A DNA stretch of 64,000 bases from an uncultured Phycisphaerales bacterium (GCA_963758525.1 CAVWVQ010000003.1:3424001-3488000); one strand, 5' to 3'; shown: positions 22,381 through 32,699, numbered from the stretch's first letter. Numbers and translations: made by a program. The notes: generated by a model from the letters alone, not told the origin.

Positions 22381-24291
22381 TCAGGATCGCGAAACCGAAG
22401 CGACCAGCAGCTCATTCACCCGTCGCGCAAAATCGGAAGGGTCCTGCACGCGCGACCCTTCCGCGATCACCGAAAGATCGTACAAAACCCGCGCGGCTGT
22501 CGCCAACCGTGACTCGTCCCCCTGGCCGTCCGCGACTGCCTGCATCGCCTTGACGACCGGATGCTCCGGATTCAACTCCAGAATTCGCTTCGATTCGGGG
22601 ATCTCGCTGCCTCGGCCCATTCGCCCAAGCAACCGCTCCATGTGAGCGCTGATCCCGCCGTCGTCGGCAACCAGACATGCCGCGCTCTCTTTCAACCGCG
22701 ACGAAATACGAATCTCCTTCACTTCGGGAACGTGCGGCTTGAGCTTCTCCACCAACGTCTTGAACTGCTCGGCTTCGGCCTTGAGTTTCTCCGCCGACGC
22801 TTCGTCCTTGGGAAGATCGCCACGGTCGGCGGCGTGCAGCGGCTTGTCCTTGTATGCCGGCAAAGACGCGACGAGAAACTCATCCACCGGATCGGTGAGC
22901 AGCAGCACTTCCTGCCCGTTCGCTTTGAAGGCTTCGAGATACGGAGAGCCTTCAATCAGCGCCCTGCTCTCGCCGATCAGATAGTAAATCTCTTTCTGAT
23001 CCGACTTCATCCCTTCCAGATATTTCGCCAGCGTCGTGTATTTGCCCGGCTCCGTCTTGGTCGACTGCAGCAGCAGCAGATCCGCCAGCCGCTCGCGATT
23101 GACGTAATCCTGCCCGACCCCCTCCTTCAGATACGCCCCGAACTCCTCGTAAAACTTCTGGTATTTCTCCGCTTCGCCCTCCTTCATCTCTTCAAGCGTC
23201 TTGAGGATGCGGTTGACGAGATTCGATTTGATCTTCGCCAGCAGCGGGTTGTGCTGCAGCGTCTCGCGTGAGACGTTCAACGGCAGATCCGCCGAATCGA
23301 CCACGCCGCGAATGAAGCGCAGATACGACGGAATCACCTCTTCGCAATCGTGCGTGATCAACACCCGCCGGACATACAGGTCGATCGACGATTTCTTCTC
23401 CGGCCCCGTCATCCAGTCGAACCCGCGCTTCTCCGGCACGAACAGCAGCGCGCGAAATTCCGTCGCGCCCTCAGCCGCAAGATGGATCGTCGTCAGCGGA
23501 TCGCCGCCGTCGCGGCTGATCTGCCGATAAAACGCGGCGTATTCCTCCGGCTTGATCTGGGCCTTGGGCCGCAGCCAAATCGCCTGGCGGGAGTTGAGCG
23601 TCTCCTCTTCGGTGGTTTTAGTCCCGTCCTTCTCCTTCTCGACATCCATCACCACCGGATGCTCGATGTAATCCGAGTAACGCTTCACAATGTCGCGCAA
23701 CCGCCATGGCGTCAGAAATTCCTTCGAGTCGTCCCGGAAATGCAGGATCACATCTGTCCCGCGCGTCGCCTTTTCTGCCGGCCCCACGCTGTACGTTCCC
23801 TGTCCATCACTTTCCCACCGCACCGGCTGCGCATCACTCCCCGCCGCTTTGGAGATCACCGTGACGCGATCCGCAACCATGAACGACGAATAGAACCCGA
23901 CGCCGAACTGCCCGATCAACTCGGGCCGATCCTGGGCATTGGCTTCCTTCAGGCTGTCGAGGAACGCCCGCGTCCCCGACTTGGCGATGGTGCCAAGGTT
24001 CTCGACGATCGCGTCATGCGTCATCCCGATGCCGTTATCGCTGACGGTGAGCGTCCCGGCTTTTTCGTCGGGAATCAGTTTGATCTTCCATTCGCTTCCC
24101 GCCTCGGCCAGCGACGGATCTTTGAGCGACTCAAATCGCAGCTTGTCGATCGCGTCCGCCGCGTTGCTGATCAATTCGCGAAGAAAGATTTCCTTCTTCG
24201 TGTAGAGCGAATGAATGATCAGATCGAGGAGTTGCTTGAGTTCGGTCTTGAATTCCAGTTTTTCAGTTGGCTCAGATTGCGCAACAGTCAT
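22381..24291 (-). CDS. htpG: Chaperone HtpG (Hsp90)
   Basis: IHSLYTKKEIFLRELISNA, DNGIGM, IGQFGVGFYSSF, DLPLNVSRE. Confidence 0.98.
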   Translation of the reverse strand: MTVAQSEPTEKLEFKTELKQLLDLIIHSLYTKKEIFLRELISNAADAIDKLRFESLKDPSLAEAGSEWKIKLIPDEKAGTLTVSDNGIGMTHDAIVENLGTIAKSGTRAFLDSLKEANAQDRPELIGQFGVGFYSSFMVADRVTVISKAAGSDAQPVRWESDGQGTYSVGPAEKATRGTDVILHFRDDSKEFLTPWRLRDIVKRYSDYIEHPVVMDVEKEKDGTKTTEEETLNSRQAIWLRPKAQIKPEEYAAFYRQISRDGGDPLTTIHLAAEGATEFRALLFVPEKRGFDWMTGPEKKSSIDLYVRRVLITHDCEEVIPSYLRFIRGVVDSADLPLNVSRETLQHNPLLAKIKSNLVNRILKTLEEMKEGEAEKYQKFYEEFGAYLKEGVGQDYVNRERLADLLLLQSTKTEPGKYTTLAKYLEGMKSDQKEIYYLIGESRALIEGSPYLEAFKANGQEVLLLTDPVDEFLVASLPAYKDKPLHAADRGDLPKDEASAEKLKAEAEQFKTLVEKLKPHVPEVKEIRISSRLKESAACLVADDGGISAHMERLLGRMGRGSEIPESKRILELNPEHPVVKAMQAVADGQGDESRLATAARVLYDLSVIAEGSRVQDPSDFARRVNELLVASVSRS

Positions 24292-24729
24292 TCGATGGCC
24301 TCCGCTTTCGTTAGTTGGGTGCAGTTGTGCGAGCCTGTCCACTGATCAAAGAGCGTGCCGCCCCTGGCGTTTCGTAAGACCTTTCCAAGCTGTAGTTTAC
24401 AAGAGGACATCGACATCCCGCTCTGCCAGAATTGCAGTTTCCCCGCCGTCTGAGCTCGCAAAGGCAGTCTGAAATTCCCTAAACAGTCCCCCTTCCTCCC
24501 CTTCGTGCCGCAGCAAGGTCCCGCGCGCCGGGGTCCCTTCGTGCCTTCGTCCCTTCTTCCAGCAATGCGACATCGCGCGACAGATTTTGCAGCGCCGCAT
24601 GTCGCATCCGGCATCCAACTCCTTGCCATGCCACGGGATACTTCCCGTCCCCGCGCGACACCGCGCGCAACAGTTGCGCGCCGAACGCTGAAAACGAGGC
24701 ATCGTCGGTCGCTGGACCCCGTGCGAGAT

Positions 24730-25145
24730 TGATTGGCCTCCGGCGCCTCATCGCCCGGCGATTTCGTCTGCCCCGGCTCAACGAAAACTCCAAGTGCTTT
24801 GGGCAAGTTTTGATTCATGGCGTCGAACCTACGAAATCCCCCCTTTGCGAAGCGACATTTACTGCCGGCCGAATCTGTAATCAGAAAGCCCCGACCTCAG
24901 CTTCACCTTGTAAAGTGGCACGAAATGGCACGAATTGGCACACTTTTGAAGTTGCTCTGTGCCGATCGAGGAGGAAGTGAATGTTGACAAAGCCATCAAA
25001 TTTCATCTCACACGTACTGTCAGCGGAACTCCTCCTCGTTTAGCCGGCGGGCATGCCCGCCGTGTCGCCGCAGGCGAAAAAACTATTTCCGGAAACTCCG
25101 TGGAGTACCGCGGATCCCGGCGAGCATGCTCGCCGGCTAAACAGC
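24730..25145. repeat. Dispersed ~400-bp non-coding repeat; diverged copy at ~42632-43172
   Basis: Shared blocks TGATTGGCCTCCGGC, CTACGAAATCCCCC, AAAGTGGCACGAA, CCTCCTCGTTTAGCCGG.GGGCATGCCCGCCGTGTCGCCGCAGGCGAA. Confidence 0.7.
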
Positions 25146-25176
25146 CCCCCTTCTTCCCCTTCGTGCCGCAGTGATA

Positions 25177-25410
25177 TCAGCGAGGAAATGCATCTTCCTC
25201 GTCAAAGATTTCGGCGATCTTCTCGTTTGTGAGGTGCAGCGACCCGGGTCTATCCGAGTCGACCATAGGCAACTTCACCCGGTGCCCGGCTTTCTTTTCC
25301 GCTCCAGCCGGCGCCAGGTCATAGACGATGCGCACCACGGCACCTTCGGGGAGATGCGCATCTCCCTGCGGAATGATCACCCCATGATTGACGCGACCCA
25401 GCAACTCCAT
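25177..25410 (-). CDS. Putative antitoxin (AF2212/DUF104-like)
   Basis: MELLGRVNHGVIIPQGDAHLPEGAVVRIV pattern. Confidence 0.55.
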   Translation of the reverse strand: MELLGRVNHGVIIPQGDAHLPEGAVVRIVYDLAPAGAEKKAGHRVKLPMVDSDRPGSLHLTNEKIAEIFDEEDAFPR

Positions 25411-25412
25411 GG

Positions 25413-25739
25413 TCAAATTGTACGCCGCGGCGCCGGAAACGGGAAACGGATCCGCGGGGACCACGATCGCCCGCCCTGCTTCGTCGCCTCCGGCCGGCGC
25501 GGCGCGCGGCGAACCGTCTGGCGACCCTCCTGATCCTGCTGGCGGCGCAAGTCGGCGGCGATCGCGTGAACGTCATAGTTGAACGACGCGGCGTATTGCT
25601 CGCGATCGCGTCGAACAGCCTCGACAATCGGGTCATCGTTCATGGGGTCGTCCTGCTGAGCGAGTCGAATGACATCCCGGCTCGGCCAGGCGGTCAGGTA
25701 GCTGAGTATCGTCGTCTCGATGTAAACGGTCGGTTTCAA
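25413..25739 (-). pseudogene. Truncated PIN/VapC-like toxin N-terminus joined to its small partner gene
   Basis: MKPTVYIETTILSYLTAWPSRD is followed directly by MNDDPIVEAVRRDREQYAASFNYDVHAI (start 25643). Confidence 0.6.
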
Positions 25740-25874
25740 CGGCCGTCATTATAACGTGCCGACAACCGATCCATTACAGGAGAGCTGTGCGGGACACCTT
25801 ATCGAACCGGACAGAGAATTTCCTCCTCAATCTACGCTTGCGTAACATTAGAGTGCGGCAACCAGTGACAACAA

Positions 25875-26255
25875 ATGAGTCGCGGCAAATCCAATTCGCG
25901 CGAGCGTGAGATCCGAAAGGCTCGGCGTCTGCTCTCGGATGAGCAACTCTTGTCGCTCCTGCGGGCGATGAGGCGGCCCGGGCAGTCGTCGTTTGCGGTG
26001 GAGCAGATCAATGCCGACCTGAACCAGGGACAGATGCTCGATCAGATCTTTTACACGGGGGAGAGCGACGGCTTCCATCTGAAGATCACGCGGCAGGCCG
26101 CCTCGCGCCTGCAAATCGAATTCTCATGGACATTCCAGCAGACACTCGGAAACTCGACGTCGTTCAGTGAAGGGGCCGGCGGAACGTGGTTCGTGGAAGT
26201 CGACGCATCAGGTGCGGTGCGATTGCTGGACGGCGCGATGATTTGGATGAGTTGA
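25875..26255 (+). CDS. Hypothetical protein (paralog of 26892-27251)
   Basis: Same N-terminus MSRGKSNSREREIRKARRLLSDEQL; shared DQIFYTG.SDGF. Confidence 0.7.
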   Translation: MSRGKSNSREREIRKARRLLSDEQLLSLLRAMRRPGQSSFAVEQINADLNQGQMLDQIFYTGESDGFHLKITRQAASRLQIEFSWTFQQTLGNSTSFSEGAGGTWFVEVDASGAVRLLDGAMIWMS

Positions 26256-26281
26256 AGGTTTCGCGCAACGCGCTCAGCGTG

Positions 26282-26599
26282 CTACGGCAGTTCCAAGCGA
26301 CGGTATTCGCCCGGTCGTATTGACGAGATCGCAGACTGAATAAGGCCGACGTTCGTGACGATTCGACGAAGCTTGTTTGTTGAGAGCTCAAGAATCGCTA
26401 TCCGACGCCCGGCGAGATTCTGCTGATACGCGAGGTTCTGATCGGAGGTGATGAAGAGATCAAACGTCGGCTCGGCGAGGCGGAGTAGTTCGCCATTTCT
26501 AACGCCAGCCCAACCACAGAGCTGAACCGGCCGGCATTCATGGCCGGTTAGATATTTGGCTAATGGCCAAGGCACACACTCATCGAGCAGGATCTTCAC
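26282..26599 (-). CDS. DUF5615 PIN-like toxin
   Basis: VKILLDECVP...GWAGVRNGELL...FITSDQNL. Confidence 0.85.
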   Translation of the reverse strand: MKILLDECVPWPLAKYLTGHECRPVQLCGWAGVRNGELLRLAEPTFDLFITSDQNLAYQQNLAGRRIAILELSTNKLRRIVTNVGLIQSAISSIRPGEYRRLELP

Positions 26600-26814
26600 G
26601 GCGCCGCCGGCGCGAGAAGAGCGGACTCGGATCTTTCCAGCACGCGACACGCCATCTCACGCGTCACCGTCGGAAAGCATTCGAGAAACTCATCGAGCGC
26701 GTAGTCGTCTTCAAGGTAGTCGAACAGCGACTTGACCGGAACGCGCGTTCCCCTGAAGACCGGCGTGCCTCCGAGAATTTCCGGGTCGATGGTGATGAGA
26801 TCGCGGGCGTCCAT
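26596..26814 (-). CDS. DUF433 antitoxin
   Basis: IDPEILGGTPVFRGTRVPV...FLECFP; 4-bp overlap with the toxin gene. Confidence 0.9.
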   Translation of the reverse strand: MDARDLITIDPEILGGTPVFRGTRVPVKSLFDYLEDDYALDEFLECFPTVTREMACRVLERSESALLAPAAP

Positions 26815-26891
26815 GGCCCTGAATTTTAGCAGGTCTCTTGAGGCACTGCAAAATATGCTGGATGCCTGGGGGCGGCTAAAAGTGGAGACAA

Positions 26892-27251
26892 ATGAGTCGC
26901 GGCAAATCCAATTCGCGCGAGCGTGAGATTCGGAAGGCCCGCCGTCTGCTCTCCGACGAACAACTGGTAGCGATTTTCCGCGCGATCGAGCGGAGCCCGG
27001 AAACGAACATCTTCGCGGTTACGCTCGCGAACGAAGAGCTGAGCCGGGGACAATCACCGGACCAGATCTTCTACACCGGCGCCAGCGACGGCTTCGTCCT
27101 GAGCGTCAAAAGACTTTCCTCGTCACGGGTCGAAATCGACTTCGGCTACGTCCCGGTCCCACTCGCCGGCGATGGGGGCGCCTGGGTCGTGCAACTTGAC
27201 GAAGCCCGAGACGTGCGATCGGTGCAGAATAAAATCTGCTGGACAAGCTGA
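26892..27251 (+). CDS. Hypothetical protein (paralog of 25875-26255)
   Basis: Shared motifs with the paralog; RBS GGAG. Confidence 0.7.
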   Translation: MSRGKSNSREREIRKARRLLSDEQLVAIFRAIERSPETNIFAVTLANEELSRGQSPDQIFYTGASDGFVLSVKRLSSSRVEIDFGYVPVPLAGDGGAWVVQLDEARDVRSVQNKICWTS

Positions 27252-27296
27252 GGCCCTTCGTCACTCGCGGTGTTCCATTTCATGCGCCGGCGCCCC

Positions 27297-27416
27297 AAAG
27301 CCAACGGATTGCCATCCGTTGGGCATTTTCTGCGAGGGAACGAGGGGAGCGATGGGAAAAAACGCGGGATTGCAAATGGGAAATCGGGGAACAGCGGATG
27401 GCAATCCGTTGGCTTT
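27297..27416. repeat. REP doublet AAAGCCAACGGATTGCCATCCGTTGG; third copy at 28703-28728
   Basis: Inverted copies at 27297-27322 and 27391-27416. Confidence 0.8.
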
Positions 27417-27880
27417 ATTGGGGAAACGGACCGGCGCGATCGAATCTCCAGACCCGGGCCCCGCGCTTCGCGTGATCGAGAATGTATCCAAATGCTTCGA
27501 CCTGATGCCCCCGGTCGGCGATCGGCTCAGCGCGCGAGCGCTTCGCCCACAATCCGCCCTTGGCGCTGCGAAGGCCCAACTGACGAACGGAGTGCGACGC
27601 GTGCTTCTTTGCAAGGCCGATCCAGTGTCTGGGTTTGTGATCGGGGAAGCGAGCGAGGACGTGGAGGTGCCGGGAATCCAGCGAGACAATGAGAACTTCA
27701 ATCCCGTTGCGACTCAGGTTTTCCGCGATGGCATCAGCAACGAACTGCCGAAGTTCCGTTGCGATGCGCACCGCGTCACGCTGCATGAGCGCTTTGGAGA
27801 GTTCGTGCAGATTGTGGTACTTGCCCTTGGGCGGCGGATGCTTGTACTCACCGTCCACATGTTCGGGATGGTGCACACTA
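27415..27880 (-). pseudogene. 5'-truncated Y1/HUH (RAYT-like) transposase
   Basis: SLDSRHLHVLARF (HUH), GLAKKHAS, LWAKR, FGYILDH (candidate catalytic Tyr). Confidence 0.7.
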
Positions 27881-27961
27881 CTATCTCCGTCGCTCGTGGC
27901 ATTGAATTCGAAAGGGCACGGCTCGCAAGCGAACCGGCTAAAAGTGCAGACTGCGCTAGTA

Positions 27962-28656
27962 AAGAGATCCGACGTTCGCAAAACTGGATCGGCGGTACGC
28001 GGCCCGGCAACGCCCGGTTCGTCCCGCCGCCGCCGGACGAAGTGGCCGGTGCGATGTCGGCGCTGGAGAAGTGGATTCATGCTACGGACCCGCTGCCACC
28101 GCTGGTGAGGGTGGGCTTGGCCCACGTCCAGTTCGAGACCATTCATCCATTTCTGGACGGCAACGGCCGTATCGGTCGACTGTTGATCGCGCTGCTCGCG
28201 GAGCACTGGGGCCTTCTCAAACTGCCGCTGTTGTACCTCAGCGTAGCGTTCAAACGGCACCGCGAGGAGTATTACCGGCTGCTCGGTGCGGTTCGGACCC
28301 AAGGCGATTGGGAAGGCTGGACGGGCTATTTTCTGGACTGCGTCCGCGAAGCCGCCCAGGACGGCGTGTCGGCGGCGCAGCGACTGTTTTTGCTGATTGG
28401 CAAAGACCGCATTCGGCTGGCGAACCATCCCTCGGCCACCGTTGCGGCCATCCGGCTCTTCGACCAGATGCCCGCCCACCCCATCGTCACCCTGGCAACG
28501 GCGATCAAGCTGCTCAACGTGACGAAGCCGACGGCAGGCAAAGCGATCGACGCACTCAGGCAAGCCCGAATTCTCCGCGAAACCACCGGCAGGAAGCGAG
28601 ACCGTGTGTACGCGTACGATGCCTACCTGAAGGTGCTGACCACCGATACGGGGTGA
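27962..28656 (+). pseudogene. 5'-truncated Fic family protein
   Basis: RRSQNWIGG, HVQFETIHPFLDGNGRIGR, ETTGRKRDRVY; N-terminal region absent. Confidence 0.8.
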
Positions 28657-28843
28657 TATCCTGATTGGAGCAGCAGACAGGCGCGAGTCACTGACGGGAG
28701 GACCAACGGATGGCAATCCGTTGGCTTTCCGAGGGCGGCAAGAGCGGGTCTGGGCTGACGCGACTGCGCTGACGCGATAACTGCGCGGCGGTGCCATTGG
28801 TATGATGGTGGCCGCGCTCGGCTCCGTTTCTTAAAATTTCCGC

Positions 28844-29668
28844 ATGATCTTCGGCCATATCATTTTGGAAGCGCGCCCGAGCGACAGCAATAGCGTCCTC
28901 ACCGCGCTCCTGCCGATCATTGTGGTGACGGCGATTGTCGTCGTGCGGCGCTCGAACCGGCCCAAGCGACGGGCGGCGGCGGCGACGAAGCCGGCGGCGA
29001 CATTTGTTCCCACCACGCACCCGGTGATTATGCCGCGGGCCGGCGGCGGGACGCCGTCGCGGGTTTTGTCGCCGATTGAATCGATCCGTCACCTCCTGGG
29101 GCCGGCGCCGCGGACGTTTGATCCGGGTCTTGGCTCGTATCTCACGGTGTTGCCGCCGAAGTGGCTGGAGAAAAGCCCGGCGGATGAGATGTGGCTCAAT
29201 GTCAAACACCAGGAGCGCGTGCGGCGCGATGGGCAAGTCGTGTGGGCGACGATCGTCCAGGCCAATAACAATCTCTTCAAACTGATCGCGGCCGAATCGG
29301 GCGCATCGGTGATCTACAGCCCCGACCCCTTTTTTGACGGCACGCGCGTCATGCTTCGGTCGATCGCCGGCCAGTGTTTCGCCACGAAGGGAACCGACCC
29401 GGCCGACCCGGAATCCGCCGTCTTTGCACGGATGCTCACCAATGAGATGACGCGTGGCATGCGATTGAAGGTGCCTGGCGCTTTCACCAGCGGCCGGCAG
29501 GTCTTTCACTCGTCGATGCTGATGCCGCGCAAGCACCTGCCCAAAGGCGTTCTCTCGGGGAGTTTCTTCCCTGTGTGGATCGATCCGCAAAATACCGGGG
29601 CGGTGGTCATGGTTCCCGCCGCCTACTGGCCGGCGAGTCTTACCGCCGAGTGGGATAAGCCCGGATGA
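28844..29668 (+). CDS. Hypothetical protein with N-terminal TM anchor
   Basis: 274-aa ORF with typical codon bias; VVWATIVQANNNLF. Confidence 0.7.
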   Translation: MIFGHIILEARPSDSNSVLTALLPIIVVTAIVVVRRSNRPKRRAAAATKPAATFVPTTHPVIMPRAGGGTPSRVLSPIESIRHLLGPAPRTFDPGLGSYLTVLPPKWLEKSPADEMWLNVKHQERVRRDGQVVWATIVQANNNLFKLIAAESGASVIYSPDPFFDGTRVMLRSIAGQCFATKGTDPADPESAVFARMLTNEMTRGMRLKVPGAFTSGRQVFHSSMLMPRKHLPKGVLSGSFFPVWIDPQNTGAVVMVPAAYWPASLTAEWDKPG

Positions 29669-29677
29669 AGACACTGA

Positions 29678-29946
29678 CCCTCACCCCGACCGTCTCCCGG
29701 ACTTTTTCATGGGGGCCCCACGCCCAGAGAGAGTGAAATGGGGTTGCTCTGGCATTGGGTGGCGTGGGTGGCGTCTCTTTTCAGAGCAGAAATGTCCAAG
29801 GCCCAATGGCCAACAAAGCCCCAAGGTCCAAGGCCCAAGGTTGGTTCTCCCACTGGTCATTGCGATTTGGGATTTTGTTGGCCATTGGGCCTTGGACATT
29901 TCTGGGTCTCCCACATCTCTTTTCGGAGCAGTACCGGGAGAGGGGG
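29678..29946. repeat. Nested repeat: a split CCCTCACCCC..CTCCCGG|GTACCGGGAGAGGG element containing a 31-bp perfect inverted repeat
   Basis: IR at 29787-29817 / 29874-29904; near-direct repeat TCTCTTTTC(A/G)GAGCAG at 29774 and 29916. Confidence 0.65.
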
Positions 29947-29994
29947 GGAAAGTGCTTGATCGCCCCTATCAATCCCCACATTCCCCTCGCAATT

Positions 29995-30137
29995 GGGTGT
30001 AACTTTTATTTGTGGCGATTGCAGATTTTGCGATCGTAGGGCGGGATTCATCCCGCCGTTTTCTCAGCCGGCCAACAAATCGGCGGGATGACTCCCGCCC
30101 TACTCGGAGCCGATCGCCACTTTCGAGCGCCACACCC
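29995..30137 (-). mobile_element. 143-bp MITE, copy 1
   Basis: GGGTGT...ACACCC ends; flanks TCGCAATT / TCGCAATC (7/8 TSD); internal GTAG REP doublet. Confidence 0.85.
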
Positions 30138-30163
30138 TCGCAATCGCATTTCCCGCCGTCGCA

Positions 30164-30191
30164 TTGACCCTCGCGCGGTGGCAGCTATGAT
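30164..30191 (+). promoter_or_regulatory. Putative sigma70 promoter for the cimA leader
   Basis: TTGACC-N16-TATGAT. Confidence 0.5.
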
Positions 30192-30198
30192 TGCACCT

Positions 30199-30261
30199 AT
30201 GCATCGGCGGACGATTCGAATTGCCCCGGCCACGATTATGATCGCGATCCATCGCGGGTGA
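30199..30261 (+). CDS. Ile-rich leader peptide MHRRTIRIAPATIMIAIHRG (alternative start 30187)
   Basis: 5 Ile in 20 codons, upstream of a terminator and cimA. Confidence 0.75.
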   Translation: MHRRTIRIAPATIMIAIHRG

Positions 30262-30291
30262 GGGCTATTCGTTGATCGAATACAGTGAGAC

Positions 30292-30322
30292 AGCCCTGCC
30301 CCGCCGGCAGGGCTTCTTTTTT
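30292..30322 (+). terminator. Attenuator terminator upstream of cimA
   Basis: AGCCCTGCC-ccgcc-GGCAGGGCT followed by TCTTTTTT; alternative pairing with AGGGCT at 30261-30266. Confidence 0.85.
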
Positions 30323-30354
30323 AACTTGGTTTTCCAGTTTAATCAGGTGCTTTC

Positions 30355-31997
30355 ATGACCGACCAGCGCCGCATCGAAATCTACGACACGACCCTGCGCG
30401 ACGGGACGCAAGGCGAAGGGTTCAATCTCTCGTTGCAGGACAAGCTCCTGATTGCCAGGAAGCTCGATGAGCTGGGCGTGGATTACATCGAAGGCGGGTT
30501 CCCGCTTTCCAATCCAAAGGACGCGGCGTTTTTTGAGGAGGCGCGGCAAATCCACTTCCGGCACGCGAAGATCGCGGCCTTTGGAATGACGCGCCGGCGG
30601 GGAATCAAAGCCTCGGACGATCCGGGGATGCAGGCGCTGGTGCATGCGCAAACGCCGGTCGTCACGCTGGTCGGCAAGAGCAGCGAGTTTCACGCGACGG
30701 CGGTGCTCTCGGTCAGCCCGGAGGAGAATCTGCAGATGATCGCCGACTCCGTCCGCTTTATCCGCGAGGCGGGTCGGACGGTGGTGTACGATGCCGAGCA
30801 TTTCTTCGATGCGTTCAAGGCCAATCGCGAATATGCGATCAAGACGCTGATGGCAGCTCAGGAGGCGGGCGCATCGGTGCTGGTGCTTTGCGATACCAAT
30901 GGTGGGACGATGCCGGAGCAGGTTGCCGAGGCGGTCGCGGCGGTGAAAGCCGCGGCGTCGGTCATGGTAGGCATTCATACGCATAATGACGCAAGCCTTG
31001 CGGTCGCGAATGGACTGGCGGCCGTGCGGGCGGGCGCGGCGCATGTGCAGGGGACGATCAACGGAGTGGGCGAGCGCTGCGGCAACATGGATCTGCTGCC
31101 GCTGATCGCGAATCTGCAACTCAAGTACAACCTCTCGTGCCTGGCGCCGGGGACGCTGTGCGCATCACCGAGACGAGCCGATTCGTCTATGAGACGGCCA
31201 ATCTGAACATGTGGTCGGGCCAGCCGTACGTGGGGAGCAGCGCGTTTGCCCATAAGGGAGGGATGCACGTGCACGCGGTGCAGAAAAACGCCAGCACGTA
31301 TGAGCACGTTTCGCCGGAGCTGGTGGGAAATACGCGGCGGGTGCTGATCAGCGAATTGTCGGGGGCGAGCAACATCGCCGCCAAGGCGGGCAGGAAGTTT
31401 GACATCGAGTCGGACAAGGCCGCGCTGCGGAAGGTGCTGGAAACGGTGCAGGACCTGGAGAATGCCGGGTATCAGTTCGAAGCAGCCGAGGCCAGCTTCG
31501 AGCTGTTGCTTCGCAAGCAGATCGGCCGGCATCAGCGATTTTTCACGCTGGATCACTACCGGGTAAGCGTTCTGAAACAGGGGGAATCGGATGCGATTTC
31601 CGAAGCGACCGTGAAGTTGCTCGTCAAAGAAACCACGGAGCACCGCGTCGCGGAGGGAGATGGGCCGATCAACGCGCTCGATGGCGCGCTGCGAAAGGCG
31701 CTTCGGCCGCACTACGCGTCGATCGATGAGGTGCATCTGACCGACTACAAAGTGCGGGTGATCAACTCCAAGGACGAGACGGCGGCCAGCGTGCGCGTCA
31801 TCATCGAGTGCCGGCGTCTGCGCCGGGATGGTTCCAAGGAAGCATTCGGAACGATCGGCGTGAGCGAGAATATCATCGACGCGAGCTGGCAGGCGCTGGT
31901 GGATGCCTACGAATATCACCTGATCCATGTGGCGGAGGAATCGGCGCCGCAAGGGACGACGACGCCGGCTGAGGCGCCGGCGATGGCTGTTCGCTAA
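30355..31997 (+). CDS. cimA: Citramalate synthase (frameshift ~31160)
   Basis: YDTTLRDGTQGEG, YDAEHFFD, LCDTNGG, HTHND, GERCGN, AHKGGMH, GVSENIIDASW. Confidence 0.93.
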
Positions 31998-32127
31998 TCA
32001 CGAGCGGACGGAGTTTCCCAGAAGTTGCGGAGTCCAGCGAATCGCAATCCGTCTGCTGTCGGCTGTAATCGAGCGCGCGGCCGATCAATATGCGCGATTG
32101 CACAACCACCCCAGGGCCAAATTAATC

Positions 32128-32604
32128 TCATGCATCGATCCGGCTCGTAATAATAAAACCATGAGCAATCTCAACGCCTTCAAACTGGCGGGAGGAGATC
32201 TCCACCAACCCATGATCTACGGTCACCGCTTGATGAATGGCGCGAAGAAATTGATCCTTCGCTCCCAGCAGCACGATCCGGGAGATCATCAACAACTGCT
32301 GGCGCGTGAGCGCGTGCGACAGCCTTTCGGAAAGGAATTCCAGGGAGTTTCGTCGATCCGTGAGCCACGGTGCGGCAACGGCCCAATCCCATCGGTCTGG
32401 CGAGCCCTCCCGGAGCAGTAGCGCGAACAAGGAAAAATCGCCCTTCTCGCCAGACAGTTCCCCTTCAAGGATTCTCAGCCTGTCCACGATCGTGGCTATA
32501 GAACCGACATAAGAGACTGCACTGCCTGAATCATTTGCGCCGCGTCCGCCCTGGTGAGCGTTCCTGGCACGGGCGATTGTGCGAAGTTCGTCACGGGTAA
32601 GCAT
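32128..32604 (-). pseudogene. Collapsed HEPN-toxin N-terminus plus partner protein
   Basis: MLTRDELRTIARAR resembles a HEPN N-terminus; followed by EKGDFSLFALLLRE..DRWD..AAPWL partner-like sequence. Confidence 0.45.
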
Positions 32605-32699
32605 CGACCACCCCACGCCGAGAATCAATGATATTCGTCAGACTATTGTACCACCGATCAGTTCGGCAGGAAGTCTATCGCGTTATCGCCAGCGTCACC

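Noticed and set aside
27172..28656. 494-aa Fic protein with a novel N-terminal domain
   Set aside because: The N-terminal half is the antisense of a transposase remnant plus REP sequences.
31140..31206. Programmed frameshifting in cimA (similarly hemL)
   Set aside because: No clear slippery site, and indels are widespread across the window.
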